A stretch of 26,541 nt of DNA, from positions 1 to 26,541 of IMG/VR virus record IMGVR_UViG_3300037961_000972, one strand, 5' to 3'. Below the pieces are notes generated by a model that ran no database searches, had not been told where the DNA came from, and saw nothing but the letters and a program-made list of their open reading frames with translations. This DNA comes from a virus. Taxonomy: Duplodnaviria > Caudoviricetes. Each line of letters begins with the position of its first letter. The first letter of the stretch is position 1. Positions 16,240 to 23,406 of the stretch are shown in pieces. The position numbers and the translations under genes were made by a program.

Positions 16240-16656
16240 GTGAATGAAAGTCAGTTTATAAATAAAATACATAAAAAACTTTCTAACCAAGTTTATCGTT
16301 GGAAAATAAACGATCCTTATCATGGAGGAGTAGCTGATGCTTACTACAGCGGGCCAGCCGCTTCAGCGTTTGTAGAATACAAATACAAACCTATACTACC
16401 CGTAAAAGATACTTCTAAAATAAACTTTGGTTTATCTAAACAACAAGAACTTTGGCTTACAACCCAGGTAAATCACCAGGTTCCTGTGTACGTTATTGCA
16501 GGATGCGAAGACAAAGTAATACAACTAACCACTAATTTCGGATCTATAAACACTTATACAAAAAAAGATTTTACTAAAAACTGTATAGATTTAAACGATT
16601 GGATAAATATACTGCAAGAACATTGCTTGCATACAAACGGAAAAATAAATGACTGA
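16240..16656 (+). CDS. VRR-NUC/Holliday-junction-resolvase-like PD-(D/E)XK nuclease
   Basis: (M)NESQF, GGVADAYY, FVEYK, LSKQQELW; start placed at GTG 16240 because the longer frame runs through the hairpin. Confidence 0.75.
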   Translation: MNESQFINKIHKKLSNQVYRWKINDPYHGGVADAYYSGPAASAFVEYKYKPILPVKDTSKINFGLSKQQELWLTTQVNHQVPVYVIAGCEDKVIQLTTNFGSINTYTKKDFTKNCIDLNDWINILQEHCLHTNGKIND

Positions 16657-16903
16657 CTTTGTAAACAAACCTCCACATTACGCTGACCAGGGGCCCATTG
16701 AGTGTATAGACGCAATTCAATCTGCTATGTCTGCAGAACAATTTGAAGGCTGGCTGCGCGGGAATGTACTCAAATATTTATGGCGTTACCCTAACAAAAA
16801 TAAAATAGAAGACTTAGATAAAGCACTTTTTTATCTAAACAAACTAAAATCTGTTAAGATAGAGTATGAAACTAAACATGATTTTAAAAAGGTAGGTAAA
16901 TAA
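16649..16903 (+). CDS. DUF3310 (T7 gp1.7/SaV-like) protein
   Basis: VNKPPHY, IECIDAI, GNVLKYLWRY, EDLDKALFYL. Confidence 0.9.
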   Translation: MTDFVNKPPHYADQGPIECIDAIQSAMSAEQFEGWLRGNVLKYLWRYPNKNKIEDLDKALFYLNKLKSVKIEYETKHDFKKVGK

Positions 16904-17079
16904 TGGCTAAAGTAAAAGGTGTAAATATTTCTTCTTTAAACAAACGCCAGCAAACTGCAATGAAAAAACATGCAAAACATCACACTGCTAAGCATATAAA
17001 AAGTATGGTTGCTATGATGAACCGCGGATCTACGTTCACTGAATCCCATAAAAAAGCAATGAACAAGGTTGGTAGATAA
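16903..17079 (+). CDS. Small basic His/Lys/Met-rich protein, 58 aa (not in the ORF track)
   Basis: TAATG coupling at both ends; MAKVKG...MKKHAKHHTAKHIKSM...FTESHKKAMNKVGR. Confidence 0.8.
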   Translation: MAKVKGVNISSLNKRQQTAMKKHAKHHTAKHIKSMVAMMNRGSTFTESHKKAMNKVGR

Positions 17080-17324
17080 TGGCACGTAACTACAAAGAAG
17101 AGTATAGAAAATACCAAGGCACTCCTGAACAGAAAAAAAGAAGAGCAATGCGTAACAAAGTCAGGCGTGCCGCGCTTCGTAGTGGTCAAGTACGTAAAGG
17201 TGATAACAACGATGTACATCACATAGATGGTAATCCAATGAACTCCAGTCCATATAACTTACGTATTGTTAACAAAAGCAAAAATAGATCTTTCCCACGA
17301 GATAGAAACGCTAGAAAAGCTTAG
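17079..17324 (+). CDS. Small HNH endonuclease
   Basis: DVHHIDGNPMN....NLRIV...KNRS. Confidence 0.85.
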   Translation: MARNYKEEYRKYQGTPEQKKRRAMRNKVRRAALRSGQVRKGDNNDVHHIDGNPMNSSPYNLRIVNKSKNRSFPRDRNARKA

Positions 17325-17333
17325 GTAATTATT

Positions 17334-17519
17334 ATGACAACAGCAAAAGAGTCCTTATTAAAAATTGAAGCACATGAAAGAGAGTGTGCAATTCGTTACG
17401 AATACATTGAAAAACGACTCGATGAAGGGTCTGCTAAATTTAAAAAACTAGAAAACATGATATGGGCTGTATACCCATTTATACTAGGTTCTATAGTTTT
17501 ATCAAAATTTTTAGATTAA
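17334..17519 (+). CDS. Small coiled-coil protein with C-terminal TM
   Basis: HERECAIRYE...KFKKLE then hydrophobic IWAVYPFILGSIVL. Confidence 0.75.
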   Translation: MTTAKESLLKIEAHERECAIRYEYIEKRLDEGSAKFKKLENMIWAVYPFILGSIVLSKFLD

Positions 17520-17534
17520 ACCATTAACCTATTG

Positions 17535-17957
17535 CTACGTTGTAGGTGTAAACAACCCAGTTTCTATTAGTTTATCTCTATTAATTTGATGTGATACTTC
17601 TACATCATCTTTGTTTTGACCGTAATAAGCTACTGCTAAGTAATTATCTACTAAAGCTTCATTAATATTTAAATCGTCTATTATTAAAGTCCCTAATATA
17701 CGTCCAAACTTACCTTTTGAATCTTTTAAATGTGTTTGGATTACAAAGTTTTTTCCTGAATTAACTGCTTGTACAATAAAATTTTTAGCTAATAAACCTC
17801 TAGCTTTTTCATCTTTATTTCTAGTCCTACATTCAGGTGTATCTACAGCATACAGTCTTACCCTGGCTTTATGTAGTATAGAAAAACCTAAATCTAAAAC
17901 TACATCTACTGTATCTCCATCTACTACTCTATCTATTTTACATTTATATTCGTACAT
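17535..17957 (-). CDS. Thermonuclease (SNase-like)
   Basis: RVVDGDT, RVRLYAVDTPE, GKFGRILG. Confidence 0.92.
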   Translation of the reverse strand: MYEYKCKIDRVVDGDTVDVVLDLGFSILHKARVRLYAVDTPECRTRNKDEKARGLLAKNFIVQAVNSGKNFVIQTHLKDSKGKFGRILGTLIIDDLNINEALVDNYLAVAYYGQNKDDVEVSHQINRDKLIETGLFTPTT

Positions 17958-19064
17958 TTAACTCCCCTGTTTAATTGTAATTGAAGAAGCACTACCACCA
18001 TTTGTGCTTACCTGGTTTGTTTTACCTCCTTGTTCTATTCTAATATCATAACTTCCTTCTTTAGAAACTTGTAGCTGTAAGTTGTTTTCTACTTGTCTAA
18101 TAAATTTAACTTCACTTTCATTAACAAAAGTGCTTATTTGAGTATCGCTATCAAATCCTATAGCTGTACCTCTTACACCTTGTTGGCTTAAAGTACTACT
18201 TGCTTTAGAAAGCTCATCTACTTCTTGTATTATATCTAACAAATCTTCAAGAAAATTAGCTGCAAGATAATCTATATCTAGTTCTGTATACTCTAAATCA
18301 TCTTGTTCTAGTTCGTCTGTATCGAGTTCATCAAACTCAAGAAAATCAACATCTAAAATACCATTATTATTTGCACTAGTTTCTTCACCTGTGCCATCTT
18401 CAGCTGCAGACGGTGGGTTTACAATCAACATGTTGTCTATCATATCGACAGTAAGATCAAGAATAACAGCAGGAGTAGGAGCTGTTTCAAAGTTGTAAAC
18501 TGTTGTGCTCTCATACGGCCTGTTTAATATAACTTGTCCTAAAGCTGTATCTACCGTTATTTCTCCACTAGCATTACCAAACTCATCAGGTAAAAGTATA
18601 ACCAAAGCTTCACCCGTCTCTTTTACAGTAATTGTAAAGTCTGTTCCCCTTATACCTACTACTGCTGCATGAGTTCTAATTGTAATGTTATCTTTAGGAA
18701 TGCGTGGCTTTTTGCTAGATATAAAACGCCCCGTCCCTTTGATAAAATTAAGAGCCATTGTTGATTTGGCGGGATCAGGATCAAACACAAACTCATCTAT
18801 TACAACGTTGCTATGTTCAGTCAAACGTATAGTTGTCTCATCCCTAAACGTTACACCCATACGTCCCGCTGCGGTTTCTAGTTTGTCCATAGAGTTTAGT
18901 GAAAAATTAATTTCACTTTCATATGGCTTATCTCTTACTACTCTGGTGTTTCCGTTTAATTCTGTGATATTACCAATATCAACATCCAACGCTTGAGCCC
19001 TGGTCATTTTGCTGTACGCACACGGACCCATTATTACCAGAAGAAGTAATGCGTAACCAGTCAT
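17958..19064 (-). CDS. Exported FecR-domain protein
   Basis: Signal-like MTGYALLLLVIMG; D.LET..GR..VTF.D.T.IRL.E.S.V.ID, IRT..AVVGIRGTDF FecR pattern; acidic linker. Confidence 0.8.
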   Translation of the reverse strand: MTGYALLLLVIMGPCAYSKMTRAQALDVDIGNITELNGNTRVVRDKPYESEINFSLNSMDKLETAAGRMGVTFRDETTIRLTEHSNVVIDEFVFDPDPAKSTMALNFIKGTGRFISSKKPRIPKDNITIRTHAAVVGIRGTDFTITVKETGEALVILLPDEFGNASGEITVDTALGQVILNRPYESTTVYNFETAPTPAVILDLTVDMIDNMLIVNPPSAAEDGTGEETSANNNGILDVDFLEFDELDTDELEQDDLEYTELDIDYLAANFLEDLLDIIQEVDELSKASSTLSQQGVRGTAIGFDSDTQISTFVNESEVKFIRQVENNLQLQVSKEGSYDIRIEQGGKTNQVSTNGGSASSITIKQGS

Positions 19065-19710
19065 TGTCTTGCGTAGATGTTTGATCAATGTCAAAGCTCC
19101 TTGTATTACCATCATGTTCTAGTTTAAAGTAACCACCAGCATAGCCTGATTGCACAACATCTACTGTATTTGAATCGCCATCAAGATCTATGTAGTTTGT
19201 ACCTGAGTCTACATCTAAATCAATATGAACAGTGTTACTACTACCTTGCACTATCGTATCTATATCTGCACTACTAGCTAAAGAATTTGTAGCTAAATCC
19301 AGTGTAAAGGTGTTAGTTGACCCGTCCACGTCCACATTTACGTTTGATGAATCTGCACTATTCGCATTACCAGGATCAACTTGAATAGTGTAAGAGTTTG
19401 TATCCCCATCAAAATCAAATACACCAGTAAATGTATCTGCATTAATATCGCCTAACATCTTGTTATTATTACCTATTTGGTTCACATCTAATGTCATAGT
19501 TGCACCATCAAGGTCGAACGCGGTCATAGAACCGTGTGCACTGTTCAAACCACCTATAATATTCCCACTTCCTAATTGTTCTAAATCAATACTAGCTGTT
19601 GCACCAATTTGATCTACATATATTTCGTTATCGTCAGCATTAGTACTTACTGCATAAACAAGTAAAGTTAAAAGAACAACTGCTGTAACTTTATTAAATT
19701 TATCATTCAT
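18979..19710 (-). CDS. Curlin-like (CsgA/CsgB-like) repeat protein
   Basis: Signal peptide; repeated hydrophobic-x-Q/D-x-G-x-x-N units (EQLGSGN, NQIGNNN, VQGSSN, DGDSN); directly downstream of csgG. Confidence 0.75.
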   Translation of the reverse strand: MNDKFNKVTAVVLLTLLVYAVSTNADDNEIYVDQIGATASIDLEQLGSGNIIGGLNSAHGSMTAFDLDGATMTLDVNQIGNNNKMLGDINADTFTGVFDFDGDTNSYTIQVDPGNANSADSSNVNVDVDGSTNTFTLDLATNSLASSADIDTIVQGSSNTVHIDLDVDSGTNYIDLDGDSNTVDVVQSGYAGGYFKLEHDGNTRSFDIDQTSTQDNDWLRITSSGNNGSVCVQQNDQGSSVGC

Positions 19711-20509
19711 ATTCCCAATACCCTCTTTCAATACCTATTTTTACAATTTCTAAAATACCTGTTTCAATTGCTTTTTGTAGAGCAATAGATGTGCTTTCGT
19801 TTTCTGCTACTCCTCCTTCTACTTCTATTAAACGACTGCCTTCATCAATAAACCTAAAAACATCTTGCGAAAGACCTACTGATAAAACTTTTTTAGAAGT
19901 AAGCACTTCTATTAGTATCTCTCCTGTAGATACTGAAACCACTCTTAATGATACACTAACAGTGTCTTCTCTATACTGTTTACTAGTTCCTATTCCAAGA
20001 TAACGCGCACCCGCTCCACCTGATCTTGTGTTAACATCGTAAGAAATAACTCCACCTTGCATCAACAAACCTGCTAATAATAAAGGTTTTACACGGCTTT
20101 CTTCATCAAAAGTCTCACGTGTGCTGCGAATTAACTGTCTTTCTTTAGTCAAAGAGTCAAGCCCAACACGTTCTACAACTTTAAAAAAATTTCCGCTAGA
20201 TGCGTGTTTTAAAGCACGAATTAAAAATGCTTCAGGTGCTTGTGTAATTGCTGTACTAAACAACGCAAACTCACTATTACTCTTCCTTTGTCCTGTTAAG
20301 TCCTGCAAACTATTACTATATACTGCAATAACAGGTTGTCTTTTTGCTGGAGGTAAATCTTGTAATTCTTGCAACTGTAATTGCATAATAGAAGAACTTT
20401 GAATCACTACACTAGGTATACCATTACCTTCTAGCAAATTTTTAGAAGCACAACTAGAAAGTAAAACTAGCAGTGGGTACAGAAATCGTTGTAATATCCC
20501 CGTTTTCAT
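19703..20509 (-). CDS. csgG: Curli secretion channel lipoprotein CsgG
   Basis: Lipobox LSSC; DLTGQRK, FSTAITQ, VVERVGL..LTKERQLIR, SGGAGARYLGIG, VSLRVVSVSTGEIL. Confidence 0.95.
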   Translation of the reverse strand: MKTGILQRFLYPLLVLLSSCASKNLLEGNGIPSVVIQSSSIMQLQLQELQDLPPAKRQPVIAVYSNSLQDLTGQRKSNSEFALFSTAITQAPEAFLIRALKHASSGNFFKVVERVGLDSLTKERQLIRSTRETFDEESRVKPLLLAGLLMQGGVISYDVNTRSGGAGARYLGIGTSKQYREDTVSVSLRVVSVSTGEILIEVLTSKKVLSVGLSQDVFRFIDEGSRLIEVEGGVAENESTSIALQKAIETGILEIVKIGIERGYWEYE

Positions 20510-20930
20510 CCGTTATAGTCAAAGTAATTACTTCAGCTTCTACTGTGTATTCTAAAATATTTCCTTCTAGCTCCAATTTACCTTCTGTGCTTGGGTTTTC
20601 TCCGAACAGCTGTTCAACTAGCTGCCGTGATAACTGTGCATACACCCTAGATTCAAAATTTCTAATAAACCTGCTAAGGGTAGAATTAGATTCTTCTCGT
20701 TCAGCTTCTTCAATTAATGACTTTGCCTCCTCAATTTTAGTTTGGCGTCTTGTAGCTTCTTGATTCTCAATTGTAAGATAATGCGAACTGCTATTTATTC
20801 CTGAAAAACTAGGACTTTTAAACTTATATACCAACTCGTCTGCATTACTGTAAACGTTAAGCAGTAACAAAAACAAAGCTACATAAATATATATGCCAAA
20901 AAACCAGTGCCAATTACTTTTCATTCTCAT
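20454..20930 (-). CDS. csgF: Curli assembly protein CsgF-like
   Basis: Signal peptide, mature ELVYKFKSPSFSG (compare CsgF FQFRNPNFGG); upstream of csgG. Confidence 0.82.
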   Translation of the reverse strand: MRMKSNWHWFFGIYIYVALFLLLLNVYSNADELVYKFKSPSFSGINSSSHYLTIENQEATRRQTKIEEAKSLIEEAEREESNSTLSRFIRNFESRVYAQLSRQLVEQLFGENPSTEGKLELEGNILEYTVEAEVITLTITDENGDITTISVPTASFTF

Positions 20931-21171
20931 CTTTTAACTTATTTTCTTCTTTTAGTTCCAATACCGTGTTTACTTTTTGCTGTAATCGTATCATATCTTG
21001 ATCTAACAAACGTAATTGGTCCGTAAGTCGTATAATAGTTACCTTCATTTCCTGTACTGCTGGGTCTATTTTGTTGTTTATTGTTTGCCATACAAAATAA
21101 ACAAAATACCCTAAACCTCCTACCATAACTGCACTAAACCCAAACTCAGATACTAAAGCAACAACGTCCAT
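20914..21171 (-). CDS. Single-TM coiled-coil membrane protein (paralog of 21338-21634)
   Basis: LVSEFGF, TM, coiled coil with DMIR. Confidence 0.75.
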   Translation of the reverse strand: MDVVALVSEFGFSAVMVGGLGYFVYFVWQTINNKIDPAVQEMKVTIIRLTDQLRLLDQDMIRLQQKVNTVLELKEENKLKDENEK

Positions 21172-21338
21172 TATTTAAACTTCTTTTGTATATACTTAAT
21201 ACCTGCATAGATTGATAGGCCGTACACTGCAAACAAAGTTAAAGAACCAAATACAATTAAATAATCAGACGGGTATAAATAAATTAAACCAAATAACCCA
21301 TCTACAACTGCTTCTGCATCACCTACTGGTGCGTCCAT
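21171..21338 (-). CDS. Small membrane protein, 55 aa (not in the ORF track)
   Basis: TAATG coupling at both ends; MDAPVGDAEAVVDGLFGLIYLYPSDYLIVFGSLTLFAVYGLSIYAGIKYIQKKFK. Confidence 0.75.
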   Translation of the reverse strand: MDAPVGDAEAVVDGLFGLIYLYPSDYLIVFGSLTLFAVYGLSIYAGIKYIQKKFK

Positions 21339-21634
21339 TAGTCTCTCCTAGCATCTATTTTTCCATCCTCAACAAAGTTTTCACTTCTAGCAATGCGATC
21401 TAAATCAGGCGACAAACCCAAAGCACTACTAACGCTTGTATCTATGCGTATCATATCATTATTCATAGTAGCAGCTCTGGTAATAAGCATTTTAGATATT
21501 GCTTGAACAGTTTGTATTTCGCTAACTAAACCATCCATAAGTTGTTTCATTACAAGAAAAATAAAGTAAGCCATAACTAGACCACTAGCTATAGGCAGCC
21601 CAAGCTCACTCACTAGTTGTGCAACGTCTTGCAT
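21338..21634 (-). CDS. Single-TM coiled-coil membrane protein
   Basis: LVSELGL, TM, coiled coil with DMIR. Confidence 0.75.
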   Translation of the reverse strand: MQDVAQLVSELGLPIASGLVMAYFIFLVMKQLMDGLVSEIQTVQAISKMLITRAATMNNDMIRIDTSVSSALGLSPDLDRIARSENFVEDGKIDARRD

Positions 21635-21637
21635 AAC

Positions 21638-21802
21638 TTACATATTTAACGATTTAGACTTTTTCTTTGCTTGTCTAAGCGTATCGCCAAATAAAACCCT
21701 TCTTTTAATATAAGATCTTTTATCAGTAGGCAGTTTATTTATAGCTCTCTGTTGTCTTTTAGAAACTCTACGTTTCTGTAATTTCATACTTGGTCTTTTC
21801 AT
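21638..21802 (-). CDS. Small very basic protein
   Basis: K/R-rich MKRPSMKLQKRR...; start uncertain (track gives 21844). Confidence 0.55.
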   Translation of the reverse strand: MKRPSMKLQKRRVSKRQQRAINKLPTDKRSYIKRRVLFGDTLRQAKKKSKSLNM

Positions 21803-21818
21803 AACTTTATTGTACCTT

Positions 21819-22052
21819 TTATTCTGGTGGCGTGGGAAAAACAATTTTTAATAAATCTGTTTCGCCCTTATATGTTTCTGGTAAATCTCTTAGTTTTTGT
21901 CTATATGTAGCCCATTCTGCTTTTTTTGTGTCACTTAGCGGCGAGTCTGCTGACTGTGTCCAATCAGAAGCAGTTAATAAACCGTAACGTCTATCTTTTA
22001 CCACTGTCCATATAGTCATATTAGGTATTTCGTCTGATGTTCTCTGTACCAC
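21819..22052 (-). CDS. Tail fibre assembly chaperone
   Basis: R..LLTASDWTQ..DSPL...EWATYRQKLRDLP...FPTPP. Confidence 0.88.
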   Translation of the reverse strand: MVQRTSDEIPNMTIWTVVKDRRYGLLTASDWTQSADSPLSDTKKAEWATYRQKLRDLPETYKGETDLLKIVFPTPPE

Positions 22053-22053
22053 T

Positions 22054-23406
22054 TTATACTCCTAATCCTTGTACTGTTATAATTGCGCTTCCTACTCCGC
22101 CATCAGTACTTCCTGATGGACCGTAATCACTAATACCATGAAACAACCAAGCGTAATATGTTGTATTCGGAAGAAGATCTACTACACCAGATAATATAAC
22201 GCTACCAAGAACATGATCACCAGCTACTCGTACTACTGATTTTGATAATATAAAATCACTTGCTGTAGAAGATTGATACCCAGTAGCACTTGACGTTTGT
22301 CTGACTGCTAAAGCAGTTAAATTTTCTGCACGACCATCTCCAACCAGCTGTCCTGTCGCATTTAAAGAACCAGTTACAATAAATTTTTTTGTTGTACTAG
22401 AACTTGATGCAGCAGTCCAATTGGGTGTTGTCCATCCTACTTGAGCTTTATTACCCCCTGAGTCAGTTGGTATATGCACATAATTGCTACCAGAAGCATG
22501 AAACGGACTACTTGCCCAATAAGTAGTCAAATAATTATGCACATTTGTATCGTCTGGAATCGCACTATCAGTAATACTATTAGATGCAACTACAGTTCCT
22601 ACTGAACCTGTTACTGCCTTTCCTGCAAGATTAAGTGAACCTGCTGCTATTCTATCTACATTTAAACTCCCACCAGTTATATTAGTAGCACTTAAATTTG
22701 TTACAGTTACATTACTTCCATTAAGTGTGCCTGTTGAAATATTATTTGCTGTAATATTTGTAACATCAATTTGAGAGGCATCTATTTCTGCAATAATACC
22801 AGAAGCTGTTGTTATAGTGTCTGCAGTAAGGTGTGCTGCTGTTAAAGTAGAAGCAGTAGCATTTACTGAACCTGCAAACGGACTGAATATACCCGCAGTT
22901 GTTACGTGTCTAATCCAGTAATAAAACTGATCTCCAGGGTCTACGCTATCTACCCAAACAGTAGCTTCAGTAGTGTCATGTCTTACTGCGTTACCTAAAC
23001 TGCTGTCACTTGATCTCCATACTTCTGTATGTGCTAAATTAGATACTTGTGATTTATTCCAATTAAGTATAAGTTTAGTCCTACCTGCAGATGCAGCTAA
23101 CCCCGTAGGAGTTGAAGGGGCTGTTAAATCGTTAGTATCATCTAGTTTACCATCTACATAAGTTGAACTAGAAGCAAAGTCAGTTACACCTGCACCTGCA
23201 TTTGGATCAAAAGGATTATCAAGTAGTTCTTTAGCCATCCCGCTGTCAATTAACTCTCTAAGAGTAACAGCTCTGTCTTTTGGGTCACCCCTACGACCAA
23301 GGCGTACTTCTAGTGCTTCTTTTATAGAATTGTTAAAAGCTATAGCTTCACGTTCATTTTTTGGTACAGCTGGTATTGAAGGAACTTGAGTTTTAGTAGT
23401 AGCCAT
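22054..23406 (-). CDS. Tail fibre / receptor-binding protein with FnIII-like domain
   Basis: APSTPTGLAASAG..LNW..TEVWRS..YYWIRHV; ITANNISTGTL-type fibre repeats; followed by its chaperone; TAATG-coupled start at 23406. Confidence 0.8.
   Translation of the reverse strand: MATTKTQVPSIPAVPKNEREAIAFNNSIKEALEVRLGRRGDPKDRAVTLRELIDSGMAKELLDNPFDPNAGAGVTDFASSSTYVDGKLDDTNDLTAPSTPTGLAASAGRTKLILNWNKSQVSNLAHTEVWRSSDSSLGNAVRHDTTEATVWVDSVDPGDQFYYWIRHVTTAGIFSPFAGSVNATASTLTAAHLTADTITTASGIIAEIDASQIDVTNITANNISTGTLNGSNVTVTNLSATNITGGSLNVDRIAAGSLNLAGKAVTGSVGTVVASNSITDSAIPDDTNVHNYLTTYWASSPFHASGSNYVHIPTDSGGNKAQVGWTTPNWTAASSSSTTKKFIVTGSLNATGQLVGDGRAENLTALAVRQTSSATGYQSSTASDFILSKSVVRVAGDHVLGSVILSGVVDLLPNTTYYAWLFHGISDYGPSGSTDGGVGSAIITVQGLGV

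Noticed and set aside
16936-17222. Two minus-strand ORFs
   Set aside because: Shadows of the coupled plus-strand genes 16903-17079 and 17079-17324
21212-21403. 63-aa plus-strand ORF
   Set aside because: Antisense to the coupled minus-strand ORF 21171-21338
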